Source: a virus
Reading direction: 5' to 3' (one strand)
Length of the DNA stretch: 64,000 bases
IMG/VR virus record: IMGVR_UViG_3300025897_002116
Location: 1 to 64,000 of that record
A program made the translations under genes and the position numbers. Below the pieces are notes generated by a model, which was given only the letters and a program-made list of their open reading frames with translations, searched no databases and was not told the origin of the DNA. This document shows, one piece after another, positions 18,081 through 28,140 of this stretch; the first letter of the stretch is position 1; each line of letters begins with the position of its first letter.

Positions 18081-18697
18081 ATAATGGATTTTACTATTCT
18101 TTCTTTATAGAAGTTTTTAAAAATAATTTGTTTATCACTATAAACACACGCATATAAACATCTTGGTTTATCTGATTTGTTTGATTCTGATTGATGTGTA
18201 GTATCTCCATGTATTGCAACTATATCTCCGGCTTTTGGATATATCTTTGTATCTCTTAATTGTAGTGTTCCGTTCTCATCCGTAAAGTCATTCAGTATTA
18301 CAGACATATTTACTGTATTAGCTCCTTCGTTAAAATTACCTCCGATTGTATTATCAGTATGTTTTCCAAATCCAAAATTATCATTGGGTAATTTAACAAC
18401 AATCTGGTCATTATATAACCAAACATCTTTACTATTCAGAAGTTGTGTTGCAATATCAATCATAAGGTTTGATTTATAAAAATCCAAAAGATAGGGATCA
18501 TACATCCCCGCACATCCCAATCCATTCCAATGAATATCTCCTCCATATTTAGAGGGCTTTCCTACCTTATCACTTACCCATTTTCTTAATTTAATAGAAC
18601 GAGTTTGTAATTCATGAACTACATCTTCACTTATCATTTTTTGTAAATGTACCCATCCATGTTTTTTATAAAATTGTAAATTATTATGTATATTCAT
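18077..18697 (-). CDS. PhyH-like 2OG-Fe(II) dioxygenase
   Basis: HTD, DFTDENGTL, H.S..N.S..PR. Confidence 0.8.
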   Translation of the reverse strand: MNIHNNLQFYKKHGWVHLQKMISEDVVHELQTRSIKLRKWVSDKVGKPSKYGGDIHWNGLGCAGMYDPYLLDFYKSNLMIDIATQLLNSKDVWLYNDQIVVKLPNDNFGFGKHTDNTIGGNFNEGANTVNMSVILNDFTDENGTLQLRDTKIYPKAGDIVAIHGDTTHQSESNKSDKPRCLYACVYSDKQIIFKNFYKERIVKSII

Positions 18698-18722
18698 GAA
18701 TGCCTTCCTCCTGGTACATCAA

Positions 18723-19643
18723 TCATAATAAAACCCTTTGTTTAGTATCATTATAAATATTGTTTAAATAATACATGACCTCTTCACGGTATATTAAATC
18801 TTTTTTAATTGTAGATTTATCTAACCAAATATGCCAATATTTAAAGTTACCAATAGTATTTGAACTATTTGAATCAACCCACATAGGAGAATAACCACAA
18901 TCCGAATGAGATACATCAGCAGATAGCTGTTCTTCAGAAAACGCTAAATAAGTTTTATCCTCAATACACCCAACCTTTAAATTTAATTCTCTTGCACAAT
19001 AACCAAGTATTGATTGGTCCGATAATAACCACAACCATTCTGGTGTATTTTTGTATTTAGTTGAAACTACATTAAGATGATTTACATAGTAATTATTTTG
19101 TAATTCTTTATTATTCATAAATACAAAAGAAGTATTTGGCATTAACATTCTTTGATTAAAATTTGTAATAGGAACTTTATATTCTTTTATTAATTCATCT
19201 GTAATAAAGTATTTTCCTCTATGCAATTCCCAATGTGTATGAACTAAATCATAATTAAATACTGATTTTGGTAGTTCACTTTGAACTATGAAATCATTAT
19301 CTAAAAATAAAAATGGGCCCACTTCTTTTCCTATTGCTACTGATTTACCACTTGTCCACCATTTACCTGCATCTAAAGTATCTTCATTGTACTTATTTAA
19401 TGTATCTATATCTATTTCATCGAACAACTTAATCATGTTGTGTTTTTTATAAAAAGAATACCCAACATCATCAGTATACAATTTGATTGGAACTTTTAAA
19501 AACTTTCTGGCACTTGTTATTGCTGCTTTGTTGATTAGTAATTCGTAATCAACTATATCATATTCTTTACCTTTATTTTTATAAAAGAAAGGTTTTGTCC
19601 AATTAACAAATATTACTTTATAATTTACTTGTATGCCAGCCAT
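18723..19643 (-). CDS. GT-A-like protein (DUF6734-like)
   Basis: LYTDDVG, W..GK, PFLFLDNDF, PNTSF. Confidence 0.6.
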   Translation of the reverse strand: MAGIQVNYKVIFVNWTKPFFYKNKGKEYDIVDYELLINKAAITSARKFLKVPIKLYTDDVGYSFYKKHNMIKLFDEIDIDTLNKYNEDTLDAGKWWTSGKSVAIGKEVGPFLFLDNDFIVQSELPKSVFNYDLVHTHWELHRGKYFITDELIKEYKVPITNFNQRMLMPNTSFVFMNNKELQNNYYVNHLNVVSTKYKNTPEWLWLLSDQSILGYCARELNLKVGCIEDKTYLAFSEEQLSADVSHSDCGYSPMWVDSNSSNTIGNFKYWHIWLDKSTIKKDLIYREEVMYYLNNIYNDTKQRVLL

Positions 19644-19644
19644 T

Positions 19645-19953
19645 TTACATAAAACCTAATTCAAGTCTTGCTGAATCCGACATCATAGAGGAAACATATG
19701 GAGGATTAAATGTTAACTCTACGTACACATCATTAACCCAGCTAATCGATTTGACCATCTGTTCTACTGAACCTGGTATTTCTTCTGCTGAAGGACATGA
19801 GGGTGAAGTCAAAGTCATAACTACATGTACGTTGTTGTCTGAATTAATGTTTACTTCATAAATTAGACCTAATTCGTATATATCTACAGGGATTTCTGGG
19901 TCGTAAATGGTTTTTATAGCATCTATAACTTCCTCTTGTTGGGTTTGTACCAT
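19645..19953 (-). CDS. sufT: Fe-S cluster assembly protein SufT (DUF59/MIP18)
   Basis: IYDPEIPVDIYELGLIY, MTLTSPSCP, LTFNPPY...MSDSARLELG. Confidence 0.88.
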   Translation of the reverse strand: MVQTQQEEVIDAIKTIYDPEIPVDIYELGLIYEVNINSDNNVHVVMTLTSPSCPSAEEIPGSVEQMVKSISWVNDVYVELTFNPPYVSSMMSDSARLELGFM

Positions 19954-19956
19954 AAC

Positions 19957-20211
19957 TTACTTTTTTTCTTTACCTTCAATGTATCCTTTTTCATATTGAA
20001 GTTCTTTTTCTATTTCAACTATCCTATCTTCTAATTCGCTGATAACTTTAATTTTTTTATCTAATCTATCATGTACACTAGTCAACTCTACTTGAAGAGC
20101 AGTGAACTGAGCAAATATAGTACCGGCAGTAAATATAGCTACTAGTATACCGGCTACGATTGACCAGTTATTTACTATAATCTTATTTAAATTCATCTCA
20201 TCCTTACTCAC
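19957..20211 (-). CDS. Small TM plus coiled-coil protein
   Basis: Hydrophobic N-terminal helix. Confidence 0.6.
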   Translation of the reverse strand: MSKDEMNLNKIIVNNWSIVAGILVAIFTAGTIFAQFTALQVELTSVHDRLDKKIKVISELEDRIVEIEKELQYEKGYIEGKEKK

Positions 20212-20262
20212 TTTTATTTATTTTTCAGTGTTTTAATTATCTAGTTCCGGCTATCTATGAAG

Positions 20263-20520
20263 TTATTGGGAAAGTATTACTTCATTTTTAATATCCAAAA
20301 GCATTTCACAATGCTCGTACATTTCATGTTCTTCAGCGTAGGTAATTAACCCATCTAGATCTTCTAGTTTATCTTCAATAGTAATCTCATCAGTTTCAAT
20401 ATAATCTTTCCTTGCTTTAGAATCTTCGTATAACATCTCAATTGAATCATGGTATATGCCTTGAATAATTGTAGGAAGTTTATCTAAATTACGGTTGATT
20501 CTATCTTCTGGGTTATTCAT
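20263..20520 (-). CDS. Hypothetical protein with UVR-like (E.YE.C) motif
   Basis: YAEEHEMYEHCEMLLDIK. Confidence 0.6.
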   Translation of the reverse strand: MNNPEDRINRNLDKLPTIIQGIYHDSIEMLYEDSKARKDYIETDEITIEDKLEDLDGLITYAEEHEMYEHCEMLLDIKNEVILSQ

Positions 20521-20565
20521 ATCAAGTTTATTTAAACATGTTTTATAGTCTGCTCTTTTATAACT

Positions 20566-21348
20566 TCACTCACTCCAATGCTTAAATTGTAGCTCTTTCA
20601 TATCAATTGGCTCCCTTTTCATATGTCCACCTTTTGAGAAATTTGCTCCTCTTTTAAGATACCCTCCTAATAGGTTTCTTCTCATTCTATTAGAATTATT
20701 AGTTTCGGAACCATGAACGTTATGAGAGTGTAGTAATACCACCTGCCCTTTTTTTAATACTCCTTCTAGTTTCCTAAAATCATGACCTTCCGGCATGATA
20801 CAAGGCTTGCCTCTTTCATTATTCCAGAATGCTGGGTTGGTTTTTACTCTTTCCTGGTCTACTTCTATCGGTAATATTGGAAGTCTGTGTGATCCTTCGT
20901 ATACCCAAACGGCTCCATTACCTTCATCATGATTATCTAAAGCTAAGGCCGTATTGATAATTTCATTGTGACCGCATTTAGTGTAGAATGCATTTTGATG
21001 CTGATCTCTGCCTAGCTGTCCGGGTGGTTTGAAGTAACACCAATCTTGCATTCCATCTATTGGACCATCCATTAGGTACTCAACTGCTTCTAAAATTTTT
21101 GGATGTGCAAAATATTTCTCTAGTAATAGTGAGAGTTTATGGGGGTAAGCAAATGGGTCCCACTCTCCCCAAATCTTTCCGTCGGGTGATTCGGTTCCTG
21201 TTCTTTCTTTTCTTAGACGGCTTAGTTCATCGTTAATCAAATCACATTCTTCTTCTGTGATTAGTTCTAAAACGGTAAAGCCTTTATACCTCCAGTCAAA
21301 TGTAATTTGCTGTAGTTCTTCTTCGCTAAGGTATTTTAATTTTGACAT
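20566..21348 (-). CDS. PhyH-like 2OG-Fe(II) dioxygenase
   Basis: YFKPPG, HQN, ALDNHDEGNGAVWVYEGSH, VHGSETNNS.R.R. Confidence 0.85.
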   Translation of the reverse strand: MSKLKYLSEEELQQITFDWRYKGFTVLELITEEECDLINDELSRLRKERTGTESPDGKIWGEWDPFAYPHKLSLLLEKYFAHPKILEAVEYLMDGPIDGMQDWCYFKPPGQLGRDQHQNAFYTKCGHNEIINTALALDNHDEGNGAVWVYEGSHRLPILPIEVDQERVKTNPAFWNNERGKPCIMPEGHDFRKLEGVLKKGQVVLLHSHNVHGSETNNSNRMRRNLLGGYLKRGANFSKGGHMKREPIDMKELQFKHWSE

Positions 21349-21367
21349 AAAACTTGTTTGTAGACTG

Positions 21368-21571
21368 TTAATTAATTATTTCTTTTATTAATGCAACAAT
21401 AAATATAACTAGACTTAAAGGCCAATATAGAATATGGTAAAGTCTTTCTTTCCAGCTCCATGGCTCTGCTATTTTTCCATTAAAATTATTTAGTGTAAAA
21501 TTCTCTAAGAATCCTGTATAAACTAAACCTATTAATATGTACCCTCCTATTTTAAGTATTAAAGTTTCCAT
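21368..21571 (-). CDS. Small membrane protein
   Basis: Two hydrophobic segments; YWP motif. Confidence 0.6.
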   Translation of the reverse strand: METLILKIGGYILIGLVYTGFLENFTLNNFNGKIAEPWSWKERLYHILYWPLSLVIFIVALIKEIIN

Positions 21572-21738
21572 TGAGTGTTTACCTGTTTAGTATGTTTACA
21601 TTTTTTATGGGCCATATACCCCCAGCAGTTACAGTACGGTCCATTTTTACCTAACTTAACTCTATATTCTTTTTCTGAGGATTCAGATTTAAATAGCCAA
21701 TATTTTTCTTCTTGAAATAGTTCTTCAAATAATTCCAT
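21559..21738 (-). CDS. SWIM zinc-finger protein (59 aa, not in ORF track)
   Basis: Y.V...YCNCWGYMAHKKCKH matches CxC-x8-CxH. Confidence 0.7.
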   Translation of the reverse strand: MELFEELFQEEKYWLFKSESSEKEYRVKLGKNGPYCNCWGYMAHKKCKHTKQVNTQWKL

Positions 21739-21739
21739 T

Positions 21740-22276
21740 TTACATCCATTTTATATTACTATGAAACGTTACAGAAGAATAGTGACATGTATTATTTTTA
21801 TATCCTTCTTCAAGATTCATCTTAATATTAAGTTTACCAGCCGGAGGAACAGTAACTTGCTCTGTAAATTGTTTTCTTGTTAGCAATACTACTCCTGTAG
21901 GGCTTAATAAAGGAGAATAAAAAGCAATATGAGTAAAAGCATATTTACCGTCTTTATTTTTTTTCTGTTTTATGCTCTGAAATGAGACGTATTTATTATC
22001 TGGTTTCCAGCTAGTCTTTACTTCAATGGAAATTTCTTCATCTAAACTTTTAACATCAAAGCCAAATTGATTAGATAGTGTACCGACCTCCATATCTCTT
22101 CTGAAGTAATGAGAAGCCCAATTTTTTATAATTACTTCTGATAATATGGGTAGACCTCCACGTTTTAAAGCATCTCTTGCCTCTTGGTTATCTCTTATAT
22201 ACTTATCTAAAATCTTTTTAGGAAATCCTAAATCTTCTTCGTACATACTTAAAATTGCTTTTTTATTTACCATCAT
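21740..22276 (-). CDS. Putative PD-(D/E)XK restriction-like endonuclease
   Basis: GFDVKS...ISIEVKT. Confidence 0.6.
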   Translation of the reverse strand: MMVNKKAILSMYEEDLGFPKKILDKYIRDNQEARDALKRGGLPILSEVIIKNWASHYFRRDMEVGTLSNQFGFDVKSLDEEISIEVKTSWKPDNKYVSFQSIKQKKNKDGKYAFTHIAFYSPLLSPTGVVLLTRKQFTEQVTVPPAGKLNIKMNLEEGYKNNTCHYSSVTFHSNIKWM

Positions 22277-22285
22277 ACTATACGG

Positions 22286-22648
22286 TTAAAAAAGTCCAAT
22301 CCAATTATCTTCTTCTGAGAATGCTGCAATCTCATAGGGGTGATCGTAATAACCGTAACCCATATTATAGTACCTTGTCATCCATGTAGGGGATTGTAGG
22401 TAATGTACATACTCGTGAACTACTGTTCTAATAACTTCTACAGTCGTTTTTATATTACTGAAGTATAAAATTATTTCATTTGAATCTTGTATGTATTCAC
22501 CTAGAAGGTCTGGGTCGGAAGTATTACTGGTTGTATTTCTTTCTAAGACTAGATAGGGTGTAGTTTGTTTAAATTTACTTTCACCGTAAACTTCCACACA
22601 TTCAGCTAAGTATTTTTCAGCGATTTTTTTAACAGTTCTTTGATGCAT
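22286..22648 (-). CDS. HEXXH zinc metallopeptidase-like protein
   Basis: TVVHEYVHYLQ ... HPYEIAA. Confidence 0.7.
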   Translation of the reverse strand: MHQRTVKKIAEKYLAECVEVYGESKFKQTTPYLVLERNTTSNTSDPDLLGEYIQDSNEIILYFSNIKTTVEVIRTVVHEYVHYLQSPTWMTRYYNMGYGYYDHPYEIAAFSEEDNWIGLF

Positions 22649-22705
22649 ATAACCTTTGTTTTTAAATGTAACTAAATATACGAAATTTAACTTAGAAAAA
22701 CAACT
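22649..22705 (-). promoter_or_regulatory. Class I promoter
   Basis: ctaaatatacgaa...aaaacaact plus aacctt leader. Confidence 0.75.
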
Positions 22706-23770
22706 TTAGTTTGATAAAGGTGCTTTAATATTTGGGTGTGATTGATAGTTTACTAAATGAAAATCAATTTGCCCATTGATAGCTTCATCAAATGATCTAT
22801 GTTCTAAATTAGCTAAAAATATAGGATTCATTTTTAATTTAGGTAATTTAAATGAGTCTCTACCAATTTGTTTTTTAGCTTGTTCAATATGATTTGAATA
22901 TAAGTGAACATCTCCAAGATTCCCAATTAACTCATCAGGCACCATATTTACTTCCTTAGCTATGATTTCTAGTAATAAACCATATGATGCTATGTTAAAT
23001 GGAAGCCCTAAGAAAGTATCTACAGAGCGTTGATTCCACATTAAGGAGATAGATCTTGTTGGTATTCCGTAAGTATCTAAACCTGTATCCCATATTTTAT
23101 TATTAGAGGTAAATTGATTATTTTGTTCTTCATTTTCAAGTCGAAACTTATCGTTCCAGAGACCTAATCTTTCTTCATAACTCAACTCTTTTGTATAAAC
23201 TTGAAAACCATAATGACAAGGAGGTAGTGTCATCTCTGATAACTCTCCAACATTCCATGCTGATACCATCAACCTTCTACTATCTGGATTCTCTTTGAGA
23301 TTATTGATAAGAATTTTTATTTGGTCAAACCATTGGTTTCTGTACCCTGATTCTACTGTCCAATCTCTCCATTGTTTACCGTAAATAGGTCCAAGTGATC
23401 CCCATACATTTGCAAAATTTTTATCTGTTTTTATTTTTTGAACAAAATCTTTTAATGGTAATGGTTCATCTAAATCATGAGCATATGTACGCTCATATAC
23501 CTTATAAGCATCCCCATTCCAAATATTACAGCCATTATCAACTAAGTACTTTATGTTTGTATCTCCTTTAAGAAACCATATAAGTTCAGTAACTATAGTT
23601 TTAAGTGGAAGTTTTTTAGTAGTAAGTAGAGGAAAGCCTTCACTCATATTATGTTTAATATGTCTACCAAATATAGATACAGTACCAGTTCCTGTTCTAT
23701 CCTTTTTGATTACTCCATTATCAAGAATATCATGTAGGAGGTCTTGGTACTGTTTATCTAAACTGTTCAT
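22706..23770 (-). CDS. thyA: Thymidylate synthase
   Basis: DRTGTGT, ELIWFLKG, LGPIYGKQWR, LPPCH, QRSVD.FLGLPFNIASY. Confidence 0.97.
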   Translation of the reverse strand: MNSLDKQYQDLLHDILDNGVIKKDRTGTGTVSIFGRHIKHNMSEGFPLLTTKKLPLKTIVTELIWFLKGDTNIKYLVDNGCNIWNGDAYKVYERTYAHDLDEPLPLKDFVQKIKTDKNFANVWGSLGPIYGKQWRDWTVESGYRNQWFDQIKILINNLKENPDSRRLMVSAWNVGELSEMTLPPCHYGFQVYTKELSYEERLGLWNDKFRLENEEQNNQFTSNNKIWDTGLDTYGIPTRSISLMWNQRSVDTFLGLPFNIASYGLLLEIIAKEVNMVPDELIGNLGDVHLYSNHIEQAKKQIGRDSFKLPKLKMNPIFLANLEHRSFDEAINGQIDFHLVNYQSHPNIKAPLSN

Positions 23771-23952
23771 AATCTGGGATCTTGTTTTTCTAACTGACTC
23801 TCATTGAAAATATGTAACATACCATTATCTTCCATTTCAGCTACTATTCTTATCTTACCTTCAGTTGTACCGAAAATAGATACTATAGTACAAGGGAATT
23901 TATAACCTGAGGGTTTAAATGCCTTATCTCCTAATTTAAATTTATACTTCAT
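23767..23952 (-). CDS. Small SH3-like hypothetical protein
   Basis: FKLGD.A.K..GY.F...IV...HIFNE.QL. Confidence 0.6.
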   Translation of the reverse strand: MKYKFKLGDKAFKPSGYKFPCTIVSIFGTTEGKIRIVAEMEDNGMLHIFNESQLEKQDPRL

Positions 23953-23956
23953 TTTT

Positions 23957-24145
23957 TTATCCGTAAATTACAATTTTTTCTTTTGTTACTTCGTTAAATA
24001 ACCTTCTAACTACTCTTCTTCCGACAGGACGTTTAGAGATTCTTTCATAAGTGTAGCCGGCAATACCTATATGGTGGCCGTATTGAACCGAGTCTTCTAT
24101 CTTATGGTTTATTTTAGTAGCGGTAACGTAAAATGATTTTTTCAT
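23957..24145 (-). CDS. Hypothetical protein
   Basis: 62-aa ORF after a promoter variant at about 24170-24210. Confidence 0.55.
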   Translation of the reverse strand: MKKSFYVTATKINHKIEDSVQYGHHIGIAGYTYERISKRPVGRRVVRRLFNEVTKEKIVIYG

Positions 24146-24240
24146 AACATTTGATTTTTATATGATTTCTAATACCTAAATATAGTCGAGTTTGCGCAGA
24201 AAAACAACTTTCTACGAATTATTTTTCTTTTACTTTGCTT

Positions 24241-24678
24241 TCATTTTATACTTGGTTTTAAATATATTTTATAACCCTCGGGTGTAGGCTTAAAGTGAGA
24301 TATCTCCGTACCTTTTAACTCCTTAGCTATAGTTTCTACAGGCATATCTTCACATAGATACGGTCCACCGCTTGGATCAACCATATCAATTCTACTAGTA
24401 TCGCTTGTAACATATCGTAAAAATTCTTGTGATATAAAACTCTGTTTAATTTCTTTAGTCTCTTTATCAAAGGACTGTTGATGTACATGTATTTTAAAAT
24501 CTTCAAGTGACATAGGGTCACGTGAGTACCCTAAGTACTTCTTGTAGGCTTGGGTATAATCATTAGGAGACCCAAATCTACACCGTTTAAAATCTCCTTG
24601 CCATAATATTGTTCCATCGTCCTGTGGTGTGAAGCTATGCTCATTATTATAACGGTTCAGTATTTTATACGTTTTCAT
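24241..24678 (-). CDS. Hypothetical protein
   Basis: 145-aa ORF with VDPSGGPY motif. Confidence 0.65.
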   Translation of the reverse strand: MKTYKILNRYNNEHSFTPQDDGTILWQGDFKRCRFGSPNDYTQAYKKYLGYSRDPMSLEDFKIHVHQQSFDKETKEIKQSFISQEFLRYVTSDTSRIDMVDPSGGPYLCEDMPVETIAKELKGTEISHFKPTPEGYKIYLKPSIK

Positions 24679-25288
24679 TGTTTGTTATTTTTTCTAGTTT
24701 TTTAAGTTGTTTCTCAAATCGTTCAATACTACCCCATATGATTGAGGCATCTGGGTCAAGTAATTTTATTTGCTCAACCAACTCTTGTTGCCTGCCCCTA
24801 CTATGAAATCCACGTTCAATATCATATGCTAAATCTTGTAAGTGTTTTGGTGCTGAGATACTAATTCGTAAATCATAGTGATCCCATTTAGTTTTCCAAT
24901 CAACAAACCCAATACCTTTAGTTAGTGTATTAAGTAGATTATGTAGTCTACGATTACGAACTCTTACTATTGATTTATCACTTCCAAATACATGAAGGAA
25001 TCGTAAAAACCATCTTGGGCAATATTTAGGCTTTGCTTTGTAATCTAAAGCAAGTACAAGTGGGTAAAGTGCTTTAAAATAATCACCATCTCCCCATATT
25101 TGAGTTCCTAAATAGCCATACCGCTCAAATCCTTTTGGAAAGAATATGAAACGCAAATCATCCCATTCTAAATTACGAGTATAAACCATGCCCTTATTTC
25201 GACCTTTCCAAAACAACATACTTTTCCCAAACGCCATCATTTTCTCACTACTAGTTCTATTGTCTTTTATTTCAAATTTACTTTTCAT
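24665..25288 (-). CDS. Hypothetical protein
   Basis: 207-aa ORF. Confidence 0.65.
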   Translation of the reverse strand: MKSKFEIKDNRTSSEKMMAFGKSMLFWKGRNKGMVYTRNLEWDDLRFIFFPKGFERYGYLGTQIWGDGDYFKALYPLVLALDYKAKPKYCPRWFLRFLHVFGSDKSIVRVRNRRLHNLLNTLTKGIGFVDWKTKWDHYDLRISISAPKHLQDLAYDIERGFHSRGRQQELVEQIKLLDPDASIIWGSIERFEKQLKKLEKITNNENV

Positions 25289-25442
25289 AATCTATGATTA
25301 AATTGCTTGTGCTACATTTTTCACACAATCTTTTATTGCTATAAACTAAACCTAACTTAGGTGTGTGCATGGTAACCTTCATACAACTATTACAAAACTG
25401 CTTACCTCGTTTAAGTACTTCCGCTATTTTCTTTCTACCCAT
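25278..25442 (-). CDS. Small Zn-ribbon protein (54 aa, not in ORF track)
   Basis: FCNSC...LCEKC. Confidence 0.5.
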   Translation of the reverse strand: MGRKKIAEVLKRGKQFCNSCMKVTMHTPKLGLVYSNKRLCEKCSTSNLIIDYEK

Positions 25443-25454
25443 GATAGTAGTATA

Positions 25455-26312
25455 TTAACTATAAAGTAAATTAGTTGCTAATTTGAATAGTTCTCTATTT
25501 ACTTTTATATCTTTCTCAAAAGATTTAATCTTTCGTACTTTTTGCACTTTTGCTCCAGTTAAAGCAACATGGAAGTCACCCTGTATAATTTTTTCCTGCA
25601 AAGTATTAAAAACTTTCCAAAGATCATTACCTCTATCTTCGTCCCTGTTAGGTGAAAGTAGTGACTTAAGTGTTATAATATTATACTCTATTCCAGAAGC
25701 CTGTTCAGATCCTATCTTTATTCCTGCTCTAATAAGCATTGAATCAGTAGCGAGTTGATGCTTTTCTTCTTCAGATAAGATTCTATTCTTCATACTGTTC
25801 AGTACCTCTACCTTACTAGGGAGATCTTGGACTGCCTGTGAGACAACGTTTCTAAGCTCATCAAAACTATAACCTTTATGTCGGATGGAGAAATCATTAA
25901 ACTTTTCGTCAGCAACAACTAAACCATTAGAGCATACAAGTCTGTATATACCTAACATAAACTTAAATGCCTGTGTACCGTCATGACTGTTTGTAAGAAG
26001 TATACGAGGGTAAGCATCGTCACCTTTTTCACCCTTAATCAAAATATCAGGATTTTGGAAACTAACCATATGTTTTGAGTAAACAGTTCCTTCTGTTTTA
26101 CGAGGTGATCGTTGGGCAGCTTTGACTGGAAACCAATTAAGCTTAGCTAGATCATCTATGATGGTTTCTGTATTAACAAATAAGTACTGATTGCTAAGTA
26201 AAGGATTTGTAGGCTTTTCTGCAAAAACTAAAGGAGCCTGTATCTTAATTTGTTCTTTAGTGAGGTAGGTATCTAAACCTTTACCTGTCTTCATTATTAT
26301 ATCGCTGTTCAT
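25455..26312 (-). CDS. DUF932/DUF945 family protein
   Basis: LLTNSHDG, YRLVCSNGLV, IRHKG, DLWKVFNTLQE. Confidence 0.85.
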   Translation of the reverse strand: MNSDIIMKTGKGLDTYLTKEQIKIQAPLVFAEKPTNPLLSNQYLFVNTETIIDDLAKLNWFPVKAAQRSPRKTEGTVYSKHMVSFQNPDILIKGEKGDDAYPRILLTNSHDGTQAFKFMLGIYRLVCSNGLVVADEKFNDFSIRHKGYSFDELRNVVSQAVQDLPSKVEVLNSMKNRILSEEEKHQLATDSMLIRAGIKIGSEQASGIEYNIITLKSLLSPNRDEDRGNDLWKVFNTLQEKIIQGDFHVALTGAKVQKVRKIKSFEKDIKVNRELFKLATNLLYS

Positions 26313-26317
26313 AATTA

Positions 26318-26385
26318 TAACCTTTTAAGTTTATTTTTACTTTTAATATACTTAAAGATACGAACTTAAATTAAGAAAGGCAACT
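26318..26385 (-). promoter_or_regulatory. Class I promoter
   Basis: tacttaaagatacgaactt...aaaggcaact. Confidence 0.8.
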
Positions 26386-26415
26386 AACTTACAAAGAACT
26401 TTTATATGTATGAGC

Positions 26416-27522
26416 TTAATCTAATTCTATAAATTTAAAGCCCGTTAAGTTTTCGTAAAGCTCTTCACCTTTAGATTTCATTGGTAATGGGTCTGATGAA
26501 TTTTCCAAGCTTAGTAGATTCTGCGGGAGGTTAGGATGTATCTTCCGGAAATAAGAATGTATTTTTTGAAGTTGATTATCCCCTATTTCTTTTCTTAACT
26601 TATGAATAATCATTGCTTGAAAAATATCAAACCATTTTTGATAAGTAAGATGAAGGAATCCGTTAAAATTGTAATCTAAGAATGATAAAAGAGTTTCCCT
26701 AGTTTTATCTTCTAGGGTATATTTTACCATTTCTTGGGTATCTTTATGTATTACATTATACGTCAATGGGAAGGTTAGACCTTCAAGACTCACAGCATCA
26801 TTGTTAACGCTATTATTTCTGTTGTCCACACTAAAGGGAATATTATTAAAGAAGACATGATTGTGTTTGTCCGATATTTGCAAATACTCTGAGTTTAGTT
26901 CTCTTAATTTAAAATGAAGCATGAGTTGATCTATAAAACATGGTCCATCAATATCTTGATCAATCACTTTTTTATGTTTACCGTAAAAATCTAAAACAAA
27001 ATCACTGGCCTCTTTAAATAATTTAGGATTCCCTATATAAGCCAAATTCGTATTAGGAATAGATGAAAAATCAAACGTATTTAATATTCCAGCAGGCATT
27101 TCGTCCTTTAATTTTGAAAATAATTTTGAATAACAATTATTTTCGTTTAATATAAACTCAGTGCGATTTGAAGGACCTAAGTCTAGGTGACTAAACACAT
27201 TAGAATTTTTGTATTCTCCTAGTTGAAATTTATCAAATAAGAGTGTATCTGTATCTAAATGTAAGTATTGTTCCTCTATAGTGTTAAATACTTTAACTTT
27301 AGGAACAGACCAGCATTTTAAATCTTGCTGATTAATGGTTTTATCGTCTATAAAATCATATGGTAAGTTTAATTCTTCTACTTGCTTTCTAATCTTTGGT
27401 GTACAGTAGAAGGATATATTTCCGTAGTGTTTCTTTGCTAATATCGCACTAAGGTATTGAGTGTACAGAAGCTCTTTCCAAAGTACTTCGTGTTGATTAG
27501 CGTATGTATGTATTACTTTCAT
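26416..27522 (-). CDS. DUF6734-like GT-A protein
   Basis: WSVPKVKV, YLHLDTD, PNT, GFLHL. Confidence 0.6.
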   Translation of the reverse strand: MKVIHTYANQHEVLWKELLYTQYLSAILAKKHYGNISFYCTPKIRKQVEELNLPYDFIDDKTINQQDLKCWSVPKVKVFNTIEEQYLHLDTDTLLFDKFQLGEYKNSNVFSHLDLGPSNRTEFILNENNCYSKLFSKLKDEMPAGILNTFDFSSIPNTNLAYIGNPKLFKEASDFVLDFYGKHKKVIDQDIDGPCFIDQLMLHFKLRELNSEYLQISDKHNHVFFNNIPFSVDNRNNSVNNDAVSLEGLTFPLTYNVIHKDTQEMVKYTLEDKTRETLLSFLDYNFNGFLHLTYQKWFDIFQAMIIHKLRKEIGDNQLQKIHSYFRKIHPNLPQNLLSLENSSDPLPMKSKGEELYENLTGFKFIELD

Positions 27523-27526
27523 ATTA

Positions 27527-27820
27527 TTAAACCTTTACTGCTTCTAATAAGTGCCAGGTATCTATCTGCTGGTCGGCTAATTCTAGTTCATGGTAATGAT
27601 CTAAACAGCTCTGTAAAGCATCTTCCCATTGTGATTGTAGTAGAGATACTTCAAACATTGTATCGGCATTATCAAAGGTTAGTTCAAATACTAAAGCTCT
27701 TTTAGTCCTGTTAATCATTGCATTTTCAATTGCCTTGAATATACTATCAGTTACCTCTTTATTTTTGCTTTTAAAAGTAGCTTCAAAATCTGCTGTTGAT
27801 TCAAAATGTAATTTTACCAT
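27527..27820 (-). CDS. Hypothetical protein
   Basis: 97-aa ORF. Confidence 0.6.
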   Translation of the reverse strand: MVKLHFESTADFEATFKSKNKEVTDSIFKAIENAMINRTKRALVFELTFDNADTMFEVSLLQSQWEDALQSCLDHYHELELADQQIDTWHLLEAVKV

Positions 27821-27840
27821 TTTTTTGTGGTTAGTAGTAT

Positions 27841-28140
27841 TTAAACTTGAAGTGAACCTCTTTTGGAACTGTCCTCTACTTTTCCTGAGTTAGTGAATGG
27901 TACTATCGTGTTTGATCCCCAATTATAAACAGGGCCTAAATATTCTTCAGTAACTTGACGAGCATTTGTACCTTTTACTACCTCTATAGGTGAGGTAATC
28001 CTTCTTAGTCCATTAAAAGCACGAAAATCTCTTTCAGTAACTCTATACCATTTTTCTCTTTTAGGCATATATACCTCTAGTAATCCATTTGGATTAAAAT
28101 TCATCTCTAATTTTCCGGTTTCCCCTCTCTTTTCTGCCAT
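27841..28140 (-). CDS. Hypothetical protein
   Basis: 99-aa ORF after a promoter variant at 28141-28195. Confidence 0.6.
   Translation of the reverse strand: MAEKRGETGKLEMNFNPNGLLEVYMPKREKWYRVTERDFRAFNGLRRITSPIEVVKGTNARQVTEEYLGPVYNWGSNTIVPFTNSGKVEDSSKRGSLQV

Noticed and set aside
22706-23770. Intron or intein in thyA (354 aa, longer than E. coli ThyA)
   Set aside because: Extra length is two short in-frame insertions at variable loops, without splice motifs.
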